This document shows, in pieces, positions 11,401-26,215 of a stretch of DNA of 64,000 nucleotides; position 1 is the first letter of the stretch, and each line of letters begins with the position of its first letter. The notes under the pieces were generated by a model. That model was not told the origin of the DNA. It did no database searches and saw only the letters and a program-made list of their open reading frames with translations. The translations under genes and the position numbers were made by a program. Location of the stretch: assembly GCA_039621445.1 (NCBI GenBank), contig CP154954.1:17638589-17702588 (forward strand). Reading direction: 5' to 3'. The stretch comes from Euglena gracilis (taxonomy: Eukaryota).

Positions 11401-14400
11401 TTCCCGGTTGGGCGGGGTGTGGGCTGGGCCGGGGTCGGCATTGGTTTCGCTTTTAGCGCACACGAAATCGCACAGCACAACAGGTGCGCACGCACACGGG
11501 CGCAGAGACACAGACCCAGACCCAGGCGGGAAGGGGGGTTGGGGAGGAGGTGTGGTGACCAACCCGCATGGGGGCTCGATGATGCCAACCCACAAGTCTT
11601 CTGCTCTGTGATGCACATCTCAACTTGGTCGATGCTACTGAGGCCCCTGGAACACCTGTTTGGTCGTGTTCCCGCACGACAGGTGATTTTTCTTTTCAAG
11701 GCTGATTGGGGCCCATCCTTTTCTGTTACAGCCTGCGCATTGGACGGGTGACGTTGCTGGCTGGAAAATGGGGGTTGAGAGGGCTGGCCGTGGGGTGTGG
11801 CTGCGTGGAATGGCGGCTGTTTTGGCCGCAGTCACTCCAGCGAGCAGGAGGCAGGGCCATGGGTGGTTGGCTCACCACCAACTGCGTGTTGGTGGTGAGA
11901 TTTTTTCACGCAAAAAAAAGCATATTCATCCACACCCACAAACACTGTGTGGTTGTGGGTTGGTGTGGGGGGGGGGGTGGCAGCCTTAATATCCTCCAGC
12001 ACGCCAATCCGATGGTGCTGCTGGCCGGAAAATGGGGCGAGATTGTGACGTGGATGTTTACAGGAATGCAGAACAGCAATGGTGTCAACAAAGGGTGTCT
12101 ACACGGGTCAAACTGGGTTTGGAGGGAGCCCAACCTGGGACGAAGGGTTGGGGGACGGGCAGTTGCTGAAGTGGTGTTGGCGGGGGCGGACGGATGGTGT
12201 CCTCCTGGCAGCGGTGATGACCCCCAAGTCCCCAGAGTCATCGCATGATGGATGGTCAAACCTCAGAGAAGTCTGAGCTGCCCCCTGGAGGATTGTTCCC
12301 GGTTGGGCGGGGTGTGGGCTGGGCCGGGGTCGGCATTGGTTTCGCTTTTAGCGCACACGAAATCGCACAGCACAACAGGTGCGCACGCACACGTGCGCAG
12401 AGACACAGACCCAGACCCAGGCGGGAAGGGGGGTTGGGGAGGAGGTGTGGTAACCAACCCGCATGGGGGCTCGATGATGCCAACCCACAAGTCTTCTGCT
12501 CTGTGATGCACATCTCAACTTGGTCGATGCTACTGAGGCCCCTGGAACACCTGTTTGGTCGTGTTCCCGCACGACAGGTGATTTTTTTTTCAAGGCTGAT
12601 TGGGGCCCATCCTTTTCTGTTACAGCCTGCGCATTGGACGGGTGACGTTGCTGGCTGGAAAATGGGGGTTGAGAGGGCTGGCCGCGGGGTGTGGCTGCGT
12701 GGAATGGCGGCTGTTTTGGCCGCAGTCACTCCAGCGAGCAGGAGGCAGGGCCATGGGTGGTTGGCTCACCACCAACTGCGTGTTGGTGGTGAGATTTTTT
12801 CACGCAAAAAAAGCATATTCATCCACACCCACAAACACTGTGTGGTTGTGGGTTGGTGTGGGGGGGAGGGGTTGGCAGCCTTAATATCCTCCAGCACGCC
12901 AATCCGATGGTGCTGCTGGCCGGAAAATGGGGCGAGATTGTGACGTGGATGTTTACAGGAATGCAGAACAGCAATGGTGTCAACAAAGGGTGTCTACACG
13001 GGCCAAACTGGGTTTGGAGGGAGCCCAACCTGGGACGAAGGGTTGGGGGATGGGCAGTTGCTGAAGAGGTGTTGGCGGGGGCGGACGGATGGTGTCCTCC
13101 TGGCAGCGGTGATGACCCCCAAGTCCCCAGAGTCATCGCATGATGGATGGTTAAACCTCAGAGAAGTCTGAGCTGCCCCCTGGAGGATTGTTCCCGGTTG
13201 GGCGGGGTGTGGGCTGGGCCGGGGTCGGCATTGGTTTCGCTTTTAGCGCACACGAAATCGCACAGCACAACAGGTGCGCACGCACACGGGCGCAGAGACA
13301 CAGACCCAGACCCAGGCGGGAAGGGGGGTTGGGGAGGAGGTGTGGTGACCAACCCGCATGGGGGCTCGATGATGCCAACCCACAAGTCTTCTGCTCTGTG
13401 ATGCACATCTCAACTTGGTCGATGCTACTGAGGCCCCTGGAACACCTGTTTGGTCGTGTTCCTGCACGACAGGTGATTTTTCTTTTCAAGGCTGATTGGG
13501 GCCCATCCTTTCTGTTACAGCCTGCGCATTGGACGGGTGACGTTGCTGGCTGGAAAATGGGGGTTGAGAGGGCTGGCCGTGGGGTGTGGCTGCGTGGAAT
13601 GGCGGCTGTTTTGGCCGCAGTCACTCCAGCGAGCAGGAGGCAGGGCCATGGGTGGTTGGCTCACCACCAACTGCGTGTTGGTGGTGAGATTTTTTCACGC
13701 AAAAAAAAGCATATTCATCCACACCCACAAACACTGTGTGGTTGTGGGTTGGTGTGGGGGGGGGGGTGGCAGCCTTAATATCCTCCAGCACGCCAATCCG
13801 ATGGTGCTGCTGGCCGGAAAATGGGGCGAGATTGTGACGTGGATGTTTACAGGAATGCAGAACAGCAATGGTGTCAACAAAGGGTGTCTACACGGGTCAA
13901 ACTGGGTTTGGAGGGAGCCCAACCTGGGACGAAGGGTTGGGGGACGGGCAGTTGCTGAAGTGGTGTTGGCGGGGGCGGACGGATGGTGTCCTCCTGGCAG
14001 CGGTGATGACCCCCAAGTCCCCAGAGTCATCGCATGATGGATGGTCAAACCTCAGAGAAGTCTGAGCTGCCCCCTGGAGGATTGTTCCCGGTTGGGCGGG
14101 GTGTGGGCTGGGCCGGGGTCGGCATTGGTTTCGCTTTTAGCGCACACGAAATCGCACAGCACAACAGGTGCGCACGCACACGTGCGCAGAGACACAGACC
14201 CAGACCCAGGCGGGAAGGGGGGTTGGGGAGCAGTTGTGATAACCATCCCAAATGGGGGCTCGATGATGCCAACCCACAAGTCTTCTGCTCTGTGATGCAC
14301 ATCTCAACTTGGTCGATGCTACTGAGGCCCCTGGAACACCTGTTTGGTCGTGTTCCCGCACGACAGGTGATTTTTTTTTCAAGGCTGATTGGGGCCCATC

Positions 14401-17400
14401 CTTTTCTGTTACAGCCTGCGCATTGGACGGGTGACGTTGCTGGCTGGAAAATGGGGGTTGAGAGGGCTGGCCGCGGGGTGTGGCTGCGTGGAATGGCGGC
14501 TGTTTTGGCCGCAGTCACTCCAGCGAGCAGGAGGCAGGGCCATGGGTGGTTGGCTCACCACCAACTGCGTGTTGGTGGTGAGATTTTTTCACGCAAAAAA
14601 AGCATATTCATCCACACCCACAAACACTGTGTGGTTGTGGGTTGGTGTGGGGGGGAGGGGTTGGCAGCCTTAATATCCTCCAGCACGCCAATCCGATGGT
14701 GCTGCTGGCCGGAAAATGGGGCGAGATTGTGACGTGGATGTTTACAGGAATGCAGAACAGCAATGGTGTCAACAAAGGGTGTCTACACGGGCCAAACTGG
14801 GTTTGGAGGGAGCCCAACCTGGGACGAAGGGTTGGGGGACGGGCAGTTGCTGAAGAGGTGTTGGCAGGGGCGGACGGATGGTGTCCTCCTGGCAGCGGTG
14901 ATGACCCCCAAGTCCCCAGAGTCATCGCATGATGGATGGTCAAACCTCAGAGAAGTCTGAGCTGCCCCCTGGAAGATTGTTCCCGGTTGGGCGGGGTGTG
15001 GGCTGGGCCGGGGTCGGCATTGGTTTCGCTTTTAGCGCACGCGAAATCGCACAGCACAACAGGTGCGCACGCACACGGGCGCAGAGACACAGACCCAGAC
15101 CCAGGCGGGAAGGGGGGTTGGGGAGGAGGTGTGGTAACCAACCCGCATGGGGGCTCGATGATGCCAACCCACAAGTCTTCTGCTCTGTGATGCACATCTC
15201 AACTTGGTCGATGCTACTGAGGCCCCTGGAACACCTGTTTGGTCGTGTTCCCGCACGACAGGTGATTTTTTTTTTCAAGGCTGATTGGGGCCCATCCTTT
15301 TCTGTTACAGCCTGCGCATTGGACGGGTGACGTTGCTGGCTGGAAAATGGGGGTTGAGAGGGCTGGCCGCGGGGTGTGGCTGCGTGGAATGGCGGCTGTT
15401 TTGGCCGCAGTCACTCCAGCGAGCAGGAGGCAGGGCCATGGGTGGTTGGCTCACCACCAACTGCGTGTTGGTGGTGAGATTTTTTCACGCAAAAAAAGCA
15501 TATTCATCCACCCCACAAACACTGTGTGGTTGTGGGTTGGTGTGGGGGGGAGGGGTTGGCAGCCTTAATATCCTCCAGCACGCCAATCCGATGGTGCTGC
15601 TGGCCGGAAAATGGGGCGAGATTGTGACGTGGATGTTTACAGGAATGCAGAACAGCAATGGTGTCAACAAAGGGTGTCTACACGGGCCAAACTGGGTTTG
15701 GAGGGAGCCCAACCTGGGACGAAGGGTTGGGGGATGGGCAGTTGCTGAAGAGGTGTTGGCGGGGGCGGACGGATGGTGTCCTCCTGGCAGCGGTGATGAC
15801 CCCCAAGTCCCCAGAGTCATCGCATGATGGATGGTTAAACCTCAGAGAAGTCTGAGCTGCCCCCTGGAGGATTGTTCCCGGTTGGGCGGGGTGTGGGCTG
15901 GGCCGGGGTCGGCATTGGTTTCGCTTTTAGCGCACACGAAATCGCACAGCACAACAGGTGCGCACGCACACGGGCGCAGAGACACAGACCCAGACCCAGG
16001 CGGGAAGGGGGGTTGGGGAGGAGGTGTGGTGACCAACCCGCATGGGGGCTCGATGATGCCAACCCACAAGTCTTCTGCTCTGTGATGCACATCTCAACTT
16101 GGTCGATGCTACTGAGGCCCCTGGAACACCTGTTTGGTCGTGTTCCTGCACGACAGGTGATTTTTCTTTTCAAGGCTGATTGGGGCCCATCCTTTTCTGT
16201 TACAGCCTGCGCATTGGACGGGTGACGTTGCTGGCTGGAAAATGGGGGTTGAGAGGGCTGGCCGTGGGGTGTGGCTGCGTGGAATGGCGGCTGTTTTGGC
16301 CGCAGTCACTCCAGCGAGCAGGAGGCAGGGCCATGGGTGGTTGGCTCACCACCAACTGCGTGTTGGTGGTGAGATTTTTTCACGCAAAAAAAAGCATATT
16401 CATCCACACCCACAAACACTGTGTGGTTGTGGGTTGGTGTGGGGGGGGGGGTGGCAGCCTTAATATCCTCCAGCACGCCAATCCGATGGTGCTGCTGGCC
16501 GGAAAATGGGGCGAGATTGTGACGTGGATGTTTACAGGAATGCAGAACAGCAATGGTGTCAACAAAGGGTGTCTACACGGGTCAAACTGGGTTTGGAGGG
16601 AGCCCAACCTGGGACGAAGGGTTGGGGGACGGGCAGTTGCTGAAGTGGTGTTGGCGGGGGCGGACGGATGGTGTCCTCCTGGCAGCGGTGATGACCCCCA
16701 AGTCCCCAGAGTCATCGCATGATGGATGGTCAAACCTCAGAGAAGTCTGAGCTGCCCCCTGGAGGATTGTTCCCGGTTGGGCGGGGTGTGGGCTGGGCCG
16801 GGGTCGGCATTGGTTTCGCTTTTAGCGCACACGAAATCGCACAGCACAACAGGTGCGCACGCACACGTGCGCAGAGACACAGACCCAGACCCAGGCGGGA
16901 AGGGGGGTTTGGGGACGAGGTGTGGTAACCAACCCGCATGGGGGCTCGATGATGCCAACCCACAAGTCTTCTGCTCTGTGATGCACATCTCAACTTGGTC
17001 GATGCTACTGAGGCCCCTGGAACACCTGTTTGGTCGTGTTCCCGCACGACAGGTGATTTTTTTTTCAAGGCTGATTGGGGCCCATCCTTTTCTGTTACTA
17101 CAGCCTGCGCATTGGACGGGTGACGTTGCTGGCTGGAAAATGGGGGTTGAGAGGGCTGGCCGCGGGGTGTGGCTGCGTGGAATGGCGGCTGTTTTGGCCG
17201 CAGTCACTCCAGCGAGCAGGAGGCAGGGCCATGGGTGGTTGGCTCACCACCAACTGCGTGTTGGTGGTGAGATTTTTTCACGCAAAAAAAGCATATTCAT
17301 CCACACCCACAAACACTGTGTGGTTGTGGGTTGGTGTGGGGGGGAGGGGTTGGCAGCCTTAATATCCTCCAGCACGCCAATCCGATGGTGCTGCTGGCCG

Positions 17401-20400
17401 GAAAATGGGGCGAGATTGTGACGTGGATGTTTACAGGAATGCAGAACAGCAATGGTGTCAACAAAGGGTGTCTACACGGGCCAAACTGGGTTTGGAGGGA
17501 GCCCAACCTGGGACGAAGGGTTGGGGGACGGGCAGTTGCTGAAGAGGTGTTGGCAGGGGCGGACGGATGGTGTCCTCCTGGCAGCGGTGATGACCCCCAA
17601 GTCCCCAGAGTCATCGCATGATGGATGCTGCAACCTCCGAGAACTCCGCGCTGCCCCTTGGCGGCTTGTTCCCGGTTGGGCGGGGTGTGGGCTGGGCCGG
17701 GGTCGGCATTGGTTTCGCTTTTAGCGCACGCGAAATCGCACAGCACAACAGGTGCGCACGCACACGGGCGCAGAGACACAGACCCAGACCCAGGCGGGAA
17801 GGGGGGTTGGGGAGGAGGTGTGGTAACCAACCCGCATGGGGGCTCGATGATGCCAACCCACAAGTCTTCTGCTCTGTGATGCACATCTCAACTTGGTCGA
17901 TGCTACTGAGGCCCCTGGAACACCTGTTTGGTCGTGTTCCCGCACGACAGGTGATTTTTTTTTTCAAGGCTGATTGGGGCCCATCCTTTTCTGTTACAGC
18001 CTGCGCATTGGACGGGTGACGTTGCTGGCTGGAAAATGGGGGTTGAGAGGGCTGGCCGCGGGGTGTGGCTGCGTGGAATGGCGGCTGTTTTGGCCGCAGT
18101 CACTCCAGCGAGCAGGAGGCAGGGCCATGGGTGGTTGGCTCACCACCAACTGCGTGTTGGTGGTGAGATTTTTTCACGCAAAAAAAAGCATATTCATCCA
18201 CCCCACAAACACTGTGTGGTTGTGGGTTGGTGTGGGGGGGAGGGGTTGGCAGCCTTAATATCCTCCAGCACGCCAATCCGATGGTGCTGCTGGCCGGAAA
18301 ATGGGGCGAGATTGTGACGTGGATGTTTACAGGAATGCAGAACAGCAATGGTGTCAACAAAGGGTGTCTACACGGGCCAAACTGGGTTTGGAGGGAGCCC
18401 AACCTGGGACGAAGGGTTGGGGGACGGGCAGTTGCTGAAGAGGTGTTGGCAGGGGCGGACGGATGGTGTCCTCCTGGCAGCGGTGATGACCCCCAAGTCC
18501 CCAGAGTCATCGCATGATGGATGGTCAAACCTCAGAGAAGTCTGAGCTGCCCCCTGGAAGATTGTTCCCGGTTGGGCGGGGTGTGGGCTGGGCCGGGGTC
18601 GGCATTGGTTTCGCTTTTAGCGCACACGAAATCGCACAGCACAACAGGTGCGCACGCACACGGGCGCAGAGACACAGACCCAGACCCAGGCGGGAAGGGG
18701 GGTTGGGGAGGAGGTGTGGTAACCAACCCGCATGGGGGCTCGATGATGCCAACCCACAAGTCTTCTGATCTGTGATGCACATCTCAACTTGGTCGATGCT
18801 ACTGAGGCCCCTGGAACACCTGTTTGGTCGTGTTCCCGCACGACAGGTGCTTTTTTTTTTCAAGGCTGATTGGGGCCCATCCTTTTCTGTTACAGCCTGC
18901 GCATTGGACGGGTGACGTTGCTGGCTGGAAAATGGGGGTTGAGAGGGCTGGCCGCGGGGTGTGGCTGCGTGGAATGGCGGCTGTTTTGGCCGCAGTCACT
19001 CCAGCGAGCAGGAGGCAGGGCCATGGGTGGTTGGCTCACCACCAACTGCGTGTTGGTGGTGAGATTTTTTCACGCAAAAAAAAGCATATTCATCCACCCC
19101 ACAAACACTGTGTGGTTGTGGGTTGGTGTGGGGGGGAGGGGTTGGCAGCCTTAATATCCTCCAGCACGCCAATCCGATGGTGCTGCTGGCCGGAAAATGG
19201 GGCGAGATTGTGACGTGGATGTTTACAGGAATGCAGAACAGCAATGGTGTCAACAAAGGGTGTCTACACGGGCCAAACTGGGTTTGGAGGGAGCCCAACC
19301 TGGGACGAAGGGTTGGGGGACGGGCAGTTGCTGAAGAGGTGTTGGCAGGGGCGGACGGATGGTGTCCTCCTGGCAGCGGTGATGACCCCCAAGTCCCCAG
19401 AGTCATCGCATGATGGATGGTCAAACCTCAGAGAAGTCTGAGCTGCCCCCTGGAAGATTGTTCCCGGTTGGGCGGGGTGTGGGCTGGGCCGGGGTCGGCA
19501 TTGGTTTCGCTTTTAGCGCACACGAAATCGCACAGCACAACAGGTGCGCACGCACACGGGCGCAGAGACACAGACCCAGACCCAGGCGGGAAGGGGGGTT
19601 GGGGAGGAGGTGTGGTAACCAACCCGCATGGGGGCTCGATGATGCCAACCCACAAGTCTTCTGCTCTGTGATGCACATCTCAACTTGGTCGATGCTACTG
19701 AGGCCCCTGGAACACCTGTTTGGTCGTGTTCCCGCACGACAGGTGCTTTTTTTTTCAAGGCTGATTGGGGCCCATCCTTTTCTGTTACAGCCTGCGCATT
19801 GGACGGGTGACGTTGCTGGCTGGAAAATGGGGGTTGAGAGGGCTGGCCGCGGGGTGTGGCTGCGTGGAATGGCGGCTGTTTTGGCCGCAGTCACTCCAGC
19901 GAGCAGGAGGCAGGGCCATGGGTGGTTGGCTCACCACCAACTGCGTGTTGGTGGTGAGATTTTTTCACGCAAAAAAAGCATATTCATCCACCCCACAAAC
20001 ACTGTGTGGTTGTGGGTTGGTGTGGGGGGGAGGGGTTGGCAGCCTTAATATCCTCCAGCACGCCAATCCGATGGTGCTGCTGGCCGGAAAATGGGGCGAG
20101 ATTGTGACGTGGATGTTTACAGGAATGCAGAACAGCAATGGTGTCAACAAAGGGTGTCTACACGGGCCAAACTGGGTTTGGAGGGAGCCCAACCTGGGAC
20201 GAAGGGTTGGGGGACGGGCAGTTGCTGAAGAGGTGTTGGCAGGGGCGGACGGATGGTGTCCTCCTGGCAGCGGTGATGACCCCCAAGTCCCCAGAGTCAT
20301 CGCATGATGGATGGTCAAACCTCAGAGAAGTCTGAGCTGCCCCCTGGAAGATTGTTCCCGGTTGGGCGGGGTGTGGGCTGGGCCGGGGTCGGCATTGGTT

Positions 20401-23400
20401 TCGCTTTTAGCGCACACGAAATCGCACAGCACAACAGGTGCGCACGCACACGGGCGCAGAGACACAGACCCAGACCCAGGCGGGAAGGGGGGTTGGGGAG
20501 GAGGTGTGGTAACCAACCCGCATGGGGGCTCGATGATGCCAACCCACAAGTCTTCTGCTCTGTGATGCACATCTCAACTTGGTCGATGCTACTGAGGCCC
20601 CTGGAACACCTGTTTGGTCGTGTTCCCGCACGACAGGTGCTTTTTTTTTTCAAGGCTGATTGGGGCCCATCCTTTTCTGTTACAGCCTGCGCATTGGACG
20701 GGTGACGTTGCTGGCTGGAAAATGGGGGTTGAGAGGGCTGGCCGCGGGGTGTGGCTGCGTGGAATGGCGGCTGTTTTGGCCGCAGTCACTCCAGCGAGCA
20801 GGAGGCAGGGCCATGGGTGGTTGGCTCACCACCAACTGCGTGTTGGTGGTGAGATTTTTTCACGCAAAAAAAAGCATATTCATCCACCCCACAAACACTG
20901 TGTGGTTGTGGGTTGGTGTGGGGGGGAGGGGTTGGCAGCCTTAATATCCTCCAGCACGCCAATCCGATGGTGCTGCTGGCCGGAAAATGGGGCGAGATTG
21001 TGACGTGGATGTTTACAGGAATGCAGAACAGCAATGGTGTCAACAAAGGGTGTCTACACGGGCCAAACTGGGTTTGGAGGGAGCCCAACCTGGGACGAAG
21101 GGTTGGGGGACGGGCAGTTGCTGAAGAGGTGTTGGCAGGGGCGGACGGATGGTGTCCTCCTGGCAGCGGTGATGACCCCCAAGTCCCCAGAGTCATCGCA
21201 TGATGGATGGTCAAACCTCAGAGAAGTCTGAGCTGCCCCCTGGAAGATTGTTCCCGGTTGGGCGGGTGTTGGGCTGGGCCGGGGTCGGCATTGGTTTCGC
21301 TTTTAGCGCACACGAAATCGCACAGCACAACAGGTGCGCACGCACACGGGCGCAGAGACACAGACCCAGACCCAGGCGGGAAGGGGGGTTGGGGAGGAGG
21401 TGTGGTAACCAACCCGCATGGGGGCTCGATGATGCCAACCCACAAGTCTTCTGCTCTGTGATGCACATCTCAACTTGGTCGATGCTACTGAGGCCCCTGG
21501 AACACCTGTTTGGTCGTGTTCCCGCACGACAGGTGATTTTTTTTTTCAAGGCTGATTGGGGCCCATCCTTTTCTGTTACAGCCTGCGCATTGGACGGGTG
21601 ACGTTGCTGGCTGGAAAATGGGGGTTGAGAGGGCTGGCCGCGGGGTGTGGCTGCGTGGAATGGCGGCTGTTTTGGCCGCAGTCACTCCAGCGAGCAGGAG
21701 GCAGGGCCATGGGTGGTTGGCTCACCACCAACTGCGTGTTGGTGGTGAGATTTTTTCACGCAAAAAAAGCATATTCATCCACACCCACAAACACTGTGTG
21801 GTTGGGGGTTGGGGGGGGGGGGGGGGGGGAGCAGCCTTAATATCCTCCAGCACGCCAATCCGATGGTGCTGCTGGCCGGAAAATGGGGCGAGATTGTGAC
21901 GTGGATGTTTACAGGAATGCAGAACAGCAATGGTGTCAACAAAGGGTGTCTACACGGGCCAAACTGGGTTTGGAGGGAGCCCAACCTGGGACGAAGGGTT
22001 GGGGGACGGGCAGTTGCTGAAGAGGTGTTGGCGGGGGCGGACGGATGGTGTCCTCCTGGCAGCGGTGATGACCCCCAAGTCCCCAGAGTCATCGCATGAT
22101 GGATGGTCAAACCTCAGAGAAGTCTGAGCTGCCCCCTGGAAGATTGTTCCCGGTTGGGCGGGGTGTGGGCTGGGCCGGGGTCGGCATTGGTTTCGCTTTT
22201 AGCGCACACGAAATCGCACAGCACAACAGGTGCGCACGCACACAGGCGCAGAGACACAGACCCAGACCCAGGCGGGAAGGGGGGTTGGGGAGGAGGTGTG
22301 GTAACCAACCCGCATGGGGGCTCGATGATGCCAACCCACAAGTCTTCTGCTCTGTGATGCACATCTCAACTTGGTCGATGCTACTGAGGCCCCTGGAACA
22401 CCTGTTTGGTCGTGTTCCCGCACGACAGGTGATTTTTTTTTTTAAGGTTGATTGGGGCCCATCTTTTTTTGTTACAGCCTGCGCATTGGATGGGTGAGGT
22501 TGGTGGGTGGAAAGTGGGGGTTGGGAGGGCTGGCCGCGGGGTGTGGCTGCGTGGAATGGCGGCTGTTTTGGCCGCAGTCACTCCAGCGAGCAGGAGGCAG
22601 GGCCATGGGTGGTTGGCTCACCACCAACTGCGTGTTGGTGGTGAGATTTTTTCACGCAAAAAAAGCATATTCATCCACACCCACAAACACTGTGTGGTTG
22701 TGGGTTGGTGTGGGGGGGGGGGGGTGGCAGCCTTAATATCCTCCAGCACGCCAATCCGATGGTGCTGCTGGCCGGAAAATGGGGCGAGATTGTGACGTGG
22801 ATGTTTACAGGAATGCAGAACAGCAATGGTGCCAACAAAGGGTGTCTACACGGGCCAAACTGGGTTTGGAGGGAGCCCAACCTGGGACGAAGGGTTGGGG
22901 GACGGGCAGTTGCTGAAGAGGTGTTGGCGGGGGCGGACGGATGGTGTCCTCCTGGCAGCGGTGATGACCCCCAAGTCCCCAGAGTCATCGCATGATGGAT
23001 GGTCAAACCTCAGAGAAGTCTGAGCTGCCCCCTGGAAGATTGTTCCCGGTTGGGCGGGGTGTGGGCTGGGCCGGGGTCGGCATTGGTTTCGCTTTTAGCG
23101 CACACGAAATCGCACAGCACAACAGGTGCGCACGCACACGGGCGCAGAGACACAGACCCAGACCCAGGCGGGAAGGGGGGTTGGGGAGGAGGTGTGGTAA
23201 CCAACCCGCATGGGGGCTCGATGATGCCAACCCACAAGTCTTCTGCTCTGTGATGCACATCTCAACTTGGTCGATGCTACTGAGGCCCCTGGAACACCTG
23301 TTTGGTCGTGTTCCCGCACGACAGGTGATTTTTTTTTCAAGGCTGATTGGGGCCCATCCTTTTCTGTTACAGCCTGCGCATTGGACGGGTGACGTTGCTG

Positions 23401-25384
23401 GCTGGAAAATGGGGGTTGAGAGGGCTGGCCGCGGGGTGTGGCTGCGTGGAATGGCGGCTGTTTTGGCCGCAGTCACTCCAGCGAGCAGGAGGCAGGGCCA
23501 TGGGTGGTTGGCTCACCACCAACTGCGTGTTGGTGGTGAGATTTTTTCACGCAAAAAAAAGCATATTCATCCACACCCACAAACACTGTGTGGTTGTGGG
23601 TTGGTGTGGGGGGGAGGGGTTGGCAGCCTTAATATCCTCCAGCACGCCAATCCGATGGTGCTGCTGGCCGGAAAATGGGGCGAGATTGTGACGTGGATGT
23701 TTACAGGAATGCAGAACAGCAATGGTGTCAACAAAGGGTGTCTACACGGGCCAAACTGGGTTTGGAGGGAGCCCAACCTGGGACGAAGGGTTGGGGGACG
23801 GGCAGTTGCTGAAGAGGTGTTGGCGGGGCGGACGGCTGGTGTCCTCCTGGCAGCGGTGATGACCCCCAAGTCCCCAGAGTCATCGCATGATGGATGGTCA
23901 AACCTCAGAGAAGTCTGAGCTGCCCCCTGGAAGATTGTTCCCGGTTGGGCGGGGTGTGGGCTGGGCCGGGGTCGGCATTGGTTTCGCTTTTAGCGCACAC
24001 GAAATCGCACAGCACAACAGGTGCGCACGCACACGGGCGCAGAGACACAGACCCAGACCCAGGCGGGAAGGGGGGTTGGGGAGGAGGTGTGGTAACCAAC
24101 CCGCATGGGGGCTCGATGATGCCAACCCACAAGTCTTCTGCTCTGTGATGCACATCTCAACTTGGTCGATGCTACTGAGGCCCCTGGAACACCTGTTTGG
24201 TCGTGTTCCCGCACGACAGGTGATTTTTTTTTCAAGGCTGATTGGGGCCCATCCTTTTCTGTTACAGCCTGCGCATTGGACGGGTGACGTTGCTGGCTGG
24301 AAAATGGGGGTTGAGAGGGCTGGCCGCGGGGTGTGGCTGCGTGGAATGGCGGCTGTTTTGGCCGCAGTCACTCCAGCGAGCAGGAGGCAGGGCCATGGGT
24401 GGTTGGCTCACCACCAACTGCGTGTTGGTGGTGAGATTTTTTCACGCAAAAAAAGCATATTCACCCACCCCCACAAACCCTGTGTGGTTGTGGGTTGGGG
24501 GGGGGGGGGGGGGTGGCAGCCTTAATATCCTCCAGCACGCCAATCCGATGGTGCTGCTGGCCGGAAAATGGGGCGAGATTGTGACGTGGATGTTTACAGG
24601 AATGCAGAACAGCAATGGTGTCAACAAAGGGTGTCTACACGGGCCAAACTGGGTTTGGAGGGAGCCCAACCTGGGACGAAGGGTTGGGGGACGGGCAGTT
24701 GCTGAGAGGTGTTGGCAGGGGCGGACGGATGGTGTCCTCCTGGCAGCGGTGATGACCCCCAAGTCCCCAGAGTCATCGCATGATGGATGGTCAAACCTCA
24801 GAGAAGTCTGAGCTGCCCCCTGGAAGATTGTTCCCGGTTGGGCGGGGTGTGGGCTGGGCCGGGGTCGGCATTGGTTTCGCTTTTAGCGCACACGAAATCG
24901 CACAGCACAACAGGTGCGCACGCACACGGGCGCAGAGACACAGACCCAGACCCAGGCGGGAAGGGGGGTTGGGGAGGAGGTGTGGTAACCAACCCGCATG
25001 GGGGCTCGATGATGCCAACCCACAAGTCTTCTGCTCTGTGATGCACATCTCAACTTGGTCGATGCTACTGAGGCCCCTGGAACACCTGTTTGGTCGTGTT
25101 CCCGCACGACAGGTTTTTTTTTCAGGCTGGATTGGGGCCCATCCTTGTTCTGATGGGGGGACTGGGGGTTGGTGGTTTGGGGGTGGGTGCTGGCGCTGGT
25201 CCGCCGCATCACGGGTGGGCACGGTGGTTGTGGGTGTTGGGGAGATCAGAGGCCATTACATGGTTGTGGCAGTGGGGGTTGGGGGTGGGGGGGGGGGGGT
25301 GGCGGCTGTTTTGGCCGCAGTCACTCCAGCGAGCAGGAGGCAGGGCCATGGGTGGTTGGTTCACCACCAACTGCGTGTTGGTGG

Positions 25385-25856
25385 CAGGGAATTTCTTAAG
25401 CCGGAGGGTACCCTACCCCCCGGGGGGGGGGGGGTCCAGCCAGCCAGCAGCTCAAATCCAGCCAGCAGCCCAAATTGGGCTGACCCCCCCCCCCCCCCCC
25501 GGAGGAAATAAAGTCGGGCCAGCCCGGCCGGAGGCCGGGGGGAAGGCCGGCCCAGCCGGCCGCAGGCCGGCGCAGGGCTGTCCAGCTCACTTATCCCTGC
25601 ATTTTTCCCCTCACACAGCTCGCATCACAGCCCCCCAGCCTTGATCTAGCTCCACCCATCAAAATGTCGAAAATGGCCAAAATGTGTGAAATTTTGTTTT
25701 CCTCGACCCAGCCCAGCCCAGCGGGGCTCCAGACCCCCCCCATGTTACAGCCTGCGCAGGGGGGGGGGTCCAGCCAGCAGCTCAAATCCAGCCAGCAGCC
25801 TTTTTGCCAGCCGGAGGCTGGACCCCCCCCCCCGGGGGTCCTTAAGAAATTCCCTG
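25385..25856. mobile_element. hAT MITE inserted in array unit
   Basis: TIR CAGGGAATTTCTTAAG...CTTAAGAAATTCCCTG and 8-bp TSD GTTGGTGG. Confidence 0.92.
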
Positions 25857-26215
25857 GTTGGTGGTGAGATTTTTTCACGCAAAAAAAAGCATATTCATCC
25901 ACACCCACAAACACTGTGTGGTTGTGGGTTGGTGTGGGGGGGAGGGGTTGGCAGCCTTAATATCCTCCAGCACGCCAATCCGATGGTGCTGCTGGCCGGA
26001 AAATGGGGCGAGATTGTGACGTGGATGTTTACAGGAATGCAGAACAGCAATGGTGTCAACAAAGGGTGTCTACACGGGCCAAACTGGGTTTGGAGGGAGC
26101 CCAACCTGGGACGAAGGGTTGGGGGACGGGCAGTTGCTGAAGTGGTGTTGGCGGGGGCGGACGGATGGTGTCCTCCTGGCAGCGGTGATGACCCCCAAGT
26201 CCCCAGAGTCATTGC

